This document shows positions 58,532 to 64,000 of a stretch of DNA of 64,000 bases, in pieces. The stretch is from the NCBI GenBank assembly GCA_963693365.1, contig CAVNZM010000003.1:2679087-2743086 (forward strand), in the 5' to 3' direction. Positions within the stretch are counted from its first letter, which is position 1. Each line of letters starts with the position of its first letter. The stretch comes from Amoebidium appalachense (taxonomy: Eukaryota > Protista > Ichthyosporea). A program made the position numbers and the translations under genes. The notes beneath the pieces were generated by a model. The model did no database searches. It had not been told where the DNA came from and was given only the letters and a program-made list of their open reading frames with translations.

Positions 58532-59375
58532 CTGCCACCTACTGAGATGGCTCCTTATTTTTTCCTTACACATTCAGCGAACACTGGACTCCATCGAACC
58601 GTCGAGGCGCCGCGACAGAAAGCATGCACGCGGTCGCGCGAGTGTAAGGAAAAATCGGAGCCACCAACGATGACTGCATCATGCTGTCCGGCGATTGGCT
58701 GATGTTCAAAGCTGCCCATCTATTGGTCTCTGGTTAATATATGATAATACAGGGTTGACTCAGATGAGATCGCATAATCGCTGGTGCAGTTAAACCATAG
58801 CCCATTTAATCCTGAAAGGCCACAAAACGATGAAACGATCAAAAAGATGACACACAGTATACGTAAGGTTGACGGTGTTAGAAACAGGTTACAGACACAG
58901 GCACATAGTAAGCAGCTGCAACCGAGAGTATTAATAATAGGCTGCGACCAACGGTTTGTGACGGTGTTAACAGACAGACATAAGACACACGGAGGAGTCC
59001 GGTACCGGTACTGAACGGTCGAAGAGGTTTGAATTCGAGCGGGAATGAATGACGTTATGCATGACGTTATCAATGCCTTGTCAGCGATTGCATCAAAATC
59101 ATGCAAAGAAATCAAATTTGCTTCGCTTCGAGCCTTTTCACTGAATGGCTGTTTAATGTTTTTAAAAATTGCATCAAGGTGGGGTCAAAACGCACGCGCT
59201 GGAATCGAAAGGCAAAACATCCTGGCACACGTATTTCCGAACTGATTGGTTGCATATCATGGTGGTTCGAGTCTAGCCGATTCGATTGGTTAGGTGACGA
59301 TAAAACCGTACGTGTGCCCGTCTGCAGCGAACGTAAAGTTCATCGCAGCGCGTGCACACCGTCAGTACGTGTGAG
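58532..59375. mobile_element. 844-bp non-autonomous insertion with a 9-bp TSD (gtcttattc) and imperfect 14-bp TIRs
   Basis: TSD at 58523-58531 and 59376-59384. Ends ctgccacctactga / ctcacacgtactga (reverse complement) match at 11/14. Removing it restores the sequence seen intact at 63370-63458. Confidence 0.75.
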
Positions 59376-59456
59376 GTCTTATTCTCAGGTCCGGGTCATT
59401 TCCGGGTCAGAGGCCACAGGGCCCAACTCCTCTATCATTACTTGGTAGCAGAGAAG

Positions 59457-62205
59457 CACGGCCATCTAGAAACACCAGGCCGTCTAACGTGACGTCATCG
59501 GAATTTGCTCATTTGTTTGCGCAAGATTTTTGGTCTCGGGGGTGGTGCGGCCTACTAAAATGGCGGGAAAATGTTCTCCACAGATTTATTCGCCTTCGGC
59601 AGCAACGTGATCTACAAACGAGTTAAATTTCATCAATTTTTATTTGACGTTTAACCTCTCTTTCGGCTCGGCCGATTGGTGATTTAGACCTACAAGAGTG
59701 CGGCCGATCGCCGGTCTGTTTATGCGGCCGCACCCCCGGAAAAACCGCCGTACTGTTTGAACACTGCCCTCGCAAAGACACCTACGGTTGCTGTGGCACC
59801 TGGATGGGCAATATGCCCATGCCCTGGCGTTGTATCTTTTTAGGGATGGTTAGTTTCCGCTTTAGAGATCATGGGGAACAAGTGCATTGTATACAACTGT
59901 AAGAGTAACTATGCTAGTGAGACTCGAAAGGACAGGGGTAAGGAAAATGTAAACCCGCAAGCCGGTGTCGGCCAGAGCATTACCGTTTCTACTTTTAGGT
60001 TTCCCGACCCGGAAAAGCAGCCAGAGCTGTGGCAGTTGTGGTATGAAAGTTGCCTTCAGGCAGGGGATGTATGGGGTAGCAAGGCATGCTTCTTTGAAAC
60101 ATACAAAGATGGTCTGCGTCAAGCATTTCGTTGACGCAGACTATTTTCCCAAGGGGTCCTGTGATCCAACGCGAGGGAACCGGCCCCTTAAGCAAGCGAT
60201 CTTCTCTCGCGATCCCAACTCCGACCCACCCCTCGCCCCTCGCATCTTCTCTGACCCTAAGGACCCAACTAAAACCATCGTGCTAGGTGAAAGGAGCATA
60301 AACGTGAGAAGGGCAGCAGCGAAAAGGGAGGCACACAGAATCGAGGCAGAAGCCGCTATACTACGGTTGGCGGAGGAGGAGCGCAAGCAACAGTTACGAG
60401 CGGAGAAAGACGCACGTAAGCGTGAAGCGCAGCAGAAACGTGCACGGGAACTTAGCGAACGAGAGGCAGAGGAGCGAAGCAAGCGTCTTATGCTCGAGCA
60501 GGAGTATGCTTGTGTCCTTGCAGACCAAATTAGGTTTGCAGACACTAACTTCATTGATGCCGTGTGCCAAGCAATTCTACACCATCCGGGCTGGTCAGCC
60601 CATAAGACCACAATCGGTGTGGCGTTGAGTTTTTGTGTTCAAACCCACGCGAAAATTAAGGAAACCGAAAACGGAACGCTCCCTTTCCCCATACTAGCCG
60701 GTCATGTCCATTTCACATCCAATGGTCACTACGTAGCCTTTGCCCTCCTACCCGCCTCCCCGCCAGCGCAACCCCTTACCACCGCCAATTTGTTAAGTAC
60801 CACACCCTTTCTACTCCAGCACCTTGCAGATGGTTGGGTCACGAGATGGTCGGAATTACACACACTATTACAACGGGTGGAACAAGTTGCACAGCAGCAG
60901 ACACCCCTCCCGTCCACACCACAACCCGATTCTGTCGACGTGGATGAGTTGTTGGCAACCGCCGAGCGCACTTTGGTTGGTGATATGCCCGTGTTGTTTG
61001 CGTTGGATATCCTCGAGCGGGCTGCAGATAACCTTGCTGAGTCAACCTCCCCCAGCGACAATGCCAAAGCCACCTCTTTCCGGTTCTTGGCCAATCAAGT
61101 TTCACTGAAATGGTGTCAGAGGAGCACGTGAGAATGCGACGCTACGAGCCGGTAACACTGATGGTCAGTGCAACACCCCCCCCCCCCCCCCCCCCCCCTC
61201 CCACAAAAAAACAAAAAAAAACAAACAAACAAACAAAAAAAAACAAAAAAAAACACCGGCCTATATATATGCACAAAATGTACGAAGCTATTATGATTCT
61301 TACTAAGGATTTTTACCAAACACTTAATAACATACCCCTCCTTGGGATACAGGTTGCCGATGCTATATTTAGCAAATCCCGGAATGCCTACATGGCACTT
61401 GCACGAATGGAGATCGACCACGGCTACACCCCCATCATCCTACCGGAGCCCTCATACATGAAGTCGTTATTCCCTTCCGTCGATCGGTCATTGGTCACTG
61501 GTTTTAAAGCCCCCAATCAAACCTACATGAATTTACGTGGACCGAGGAGGTGCTTATCAGCAACAAGTATGTCAGCAAGTTCTTTGAGGAACCAAATCAG
61601 CGCGCGTTCCTCACACACGTGACCACAAGGGAGGCAACCAAACTTTCCCTTCCCGGACTAGACGGAGCCTGCAACGCGTGTGGTCAGGACCGCAAGGTGT
61701 ATATTGAGGAGGTCTGCGCACGAATGGCAAACGTCACCCTCAATAATTTTGTCAAAAACGAGAACTACAAAATGAGGTTGGAAGCCTTTCGGAAAAAGCA
61801 AGAGGAGCAAAGGAAAGCGCAGCAGAAAGGGAAAGCAAACCAAAAAAACGGCACATCCCAAACCCGCGCAACTCGATCAGCAGGAAAGGAAGGCGGCAGT
61901 GATTATGGGCAAAATAGATGTGTAACGGGTAGATGTAGTGCAAAAGTAGAGACGTGTTGTGAATAAAAAACAAACGGGCATAGCATGTTGAATAACCAAG
62001 CAACTTTAGCTGATAACCTGCACGATGAAGTGCAGGTGTAGCTCTGAGTAGTGACTTTTTTTTTTAACATGTGCAGTTTGGACATATATAAATACGTATA
62101 TACATATACATATATCCACATAAATTCATAGATACAGAGTGTGTGTATGTGTTGTGTGTGTGTGTGTGTGTGTGTGTGTACGTGAGTGTGTGTGAGCTTT
62201 GGGAT

Positions 62206-62277
<72 letters not shown>

Positions 62278-63269
62278 AGAGAGGCACGAACTTACACACG
62301 TGTATCAAACATTCCAACCAAAACAGTAACTGGAAAAACATGGCTTAGGCTTAGGCAAAACGTTGAGATAGAGATGTCGTGTTTGAACCCAGGTACATTG
62401 GTAGTTGGTCTGTATAATAGAGGGGTCATGATCAGCAAAAAGACAATAGAAAATACAACGGTTATCCTTTTATGTCAGAGTTGTGACAAAAATACTTGGT
62501 AACAAGGGACATAAAGAAACTCAAACAGGGCCGTCCGGGAGACCGGTGCCGGTTGTTAGGGGTTATGGAGCGACAAGAGGGCTCTTGTACTCACCACATT
62601 TCCAAGGTGTTTTGCCGCCGATGCTGCTGTTATAATGAAGAGCTTTGCACCATGCAATGCCATATAGTAGCGACTTTCACCGAAAAGTGGAAACCCGTAC
62701 AGTCGCGAGGACTGAGCAACAACACGCTAACGCTTGAAGTCCGCTCGCCAAAAAGTGAGAGGAGGGAGGGCGGGAACAGAGAGAAACCGGAACGGATCTG
62801 GGTCTACCAGCCATAACAGTTGCCGTATGCCATCCTTGCAAATGAAGGTATATGTTAGATAGATTATTTTGTTCTCATTATATGCCCAAAGTGGCCCAAA
62901 GCGCTCGCAACAACAACAAGACAAAAAAAGTGGAGCAGAAAAACAGCTTACTCTTGCTTTTGTTTGTACGGCAAGTGCAGGAGTTTTCTCCGCGATACCC
63001 GTTGGGCTTTTCTTTCAGCCCGATTCGAAATGATTATATATTATTTACAAATGATAAGCGCTGCATTACGGGCCGTGGTGTGACCCGATTCGGATCTTCA
63101 AATTCAATGCACGATTACATAATCGTCTGGATACGCGGTTGCCATGAAAAGTAGGCCGCACCCCCTTGTGGAATGCAGAATAGCCTTTTTTGGTTAAAAT
63201 GTCATTAAAATGTCATTATCCCGGGAATGTTAATCGCGTTAGACGGCCTGGTGTTTCTAGATGGCCGTG
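59457..63269 (+). mobile_element. P-superfamily (THAP9-like) DNA transposon, internally deleted, 3813 bp
   Basis: Perfect 33-bp TIRs CACGGCCATCTAGAAACACCAGGCCGTCTAACG (59457-59489, 63237-63269), an 8-bp TSD cagagaag (59449-59456, 63270-63277), CA...TG termini and THAP transposase remnants. Confidence 0.93.
59871..61966 (+). pseudogene. P-type transposase remnant: THAP finger, coiled coil, HTH start, C-terminal region; catalytic RNase H and GTP-binding core absent; about 3 frameshifts; one intron 61164-61352
   Basis: MGNKCIVYNC...FRFPD...W / VCVKHF...LK (THAP C2CH), an E/R/K/A-rich coiled coil, and RRYEPVTLM|VADAIFSKSRNAYMALA...ILPEPSYM (P-type RRY..S..AY..LP). This joins directly to DR..GFKAPN...NQRAFL...CNACG...NVTLNNFVKNEN. 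Frame changes occur near 60100, 61110 and 61540. Confidence 0.85.
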
Positions 63270-63369
63270 CAGAGAAGGTACGGTCCATGCGTACCTCTGG
63301 GTTGACCTGGTCTGGGGGCGAACGCAGAGGCGTCAAAGACGTCGGGGCGCCGCCTTCCAGACCGGGGGG

Positions 63370-63458
63370 ATGTCATGAGCGTCCCACAATCAACTCTGAA
63401 TTTGTGAATGGGGGGTCTTGTTCTCAGGTCCGGGTCATTTCCGGGTCAGAGGCCACAG
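63370..63458. repeat. Intact copy of a local repeat whose paralogue (58439-59419) carries the footprint and the 844-bp insert
   Basis: atgtcatga.cgtcccacaa.tcaact.tgaatttgtgaatggg...tctt.ttctcaggtccgggtcatttccgggtcagaggccacag is shared between the two. Confidence 0.85.
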
Positions 63459-64000
63459 ACTGACAGAGCAGAGGGCCGTGCACACATGGCAGAGGCGCAA
63501 CTCCTATAGCTATCATTGCTACAAATGTAAACATTGATTCCTATTGGTTCGGCGTGCACCGCTCAGGAATGTCGATGGAATGCAAACAAAATCCGGTCTG
63601 AGGACCGGACAGAGCCAAACTGAGCCGCGGCCGGCGCCGCTGCGTCACTGCCAAGGACTCACTGCTCGTCAGCTCTGCTCGTCAGTAACTGAGTCACTCG
63701 CTGGCACTCGCAGCAGAGGGCTCACTCTGTCACACAGCCCTAAGCGTACATGATAGCCTAGTATTATACTGTATGTACATAGCTCCGGGAAGAACTTCAG
63801 GAGTAGAATCGAGTGTGCATACCATAGATTAGAGCGTGCGTTGTGCTTGGCCTGTATTGCACTGTGTCCCATGCACATGTGTCGGAAAAGCATACAGCTT
63901 GTTCACGCCCAGTTCTGTGAATACGCTGAGTTGAGAAGTTAGAGGCATAAACGGACCGTGGACACAGACACACACCTGCACGCACGCACGCACACGCGCG

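Noticed and set aside
60041-60059. 19-nt GT-AG mini-intron (gtatgaaagttgccttcag) that would restore the THAP frame
   Set aside because: It does restore the frame, but every other intron here is over 120 nt and the ORF has two more frameshifts, so a simple indel is more parsimonious. RNA-seq would settle it.

Overview
Intron-rich eukaryotic nuclear DNA from an unidentified organism (probably a microbial eukaryote; inference). Introns and spacers are full of poly(C)/poly(G), (CA)n and (GA)n tracts, so most of the six-frame ORF track is low-complexity noise. By hand-splicing GT-AG exons I reconstruct six genes: a pRiA4b-ORF3-like/MYND-finger protein (-), an intronless GPR1/FUN34/YaaH (SatP/Ato) acetate channel (+), a bestrophin-like channel (+), a secreted ricin-B-lectin protein (-), and two tandem 11-exon cytochrome P450s (+). 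The right end is a transposon nest: a P-superfamily element (33-bp TIRs, 8-bp TSD, THAP transposase lacking its catalytic core), an apparent excision footprint of the same element <1 kb away, and an 844-bp 9-bp-TSD insertion between them. The best candidate for something undescribed is a dispersed element found only in poly(C)/poly(G) tracts; its two long copies share a covarying, pseudoknotted fold. Other notable signals are a single gene-converted P450 exon and an unusual microsatellite-built splice-site layout. All family names come from motif recognition only; no searches were run.
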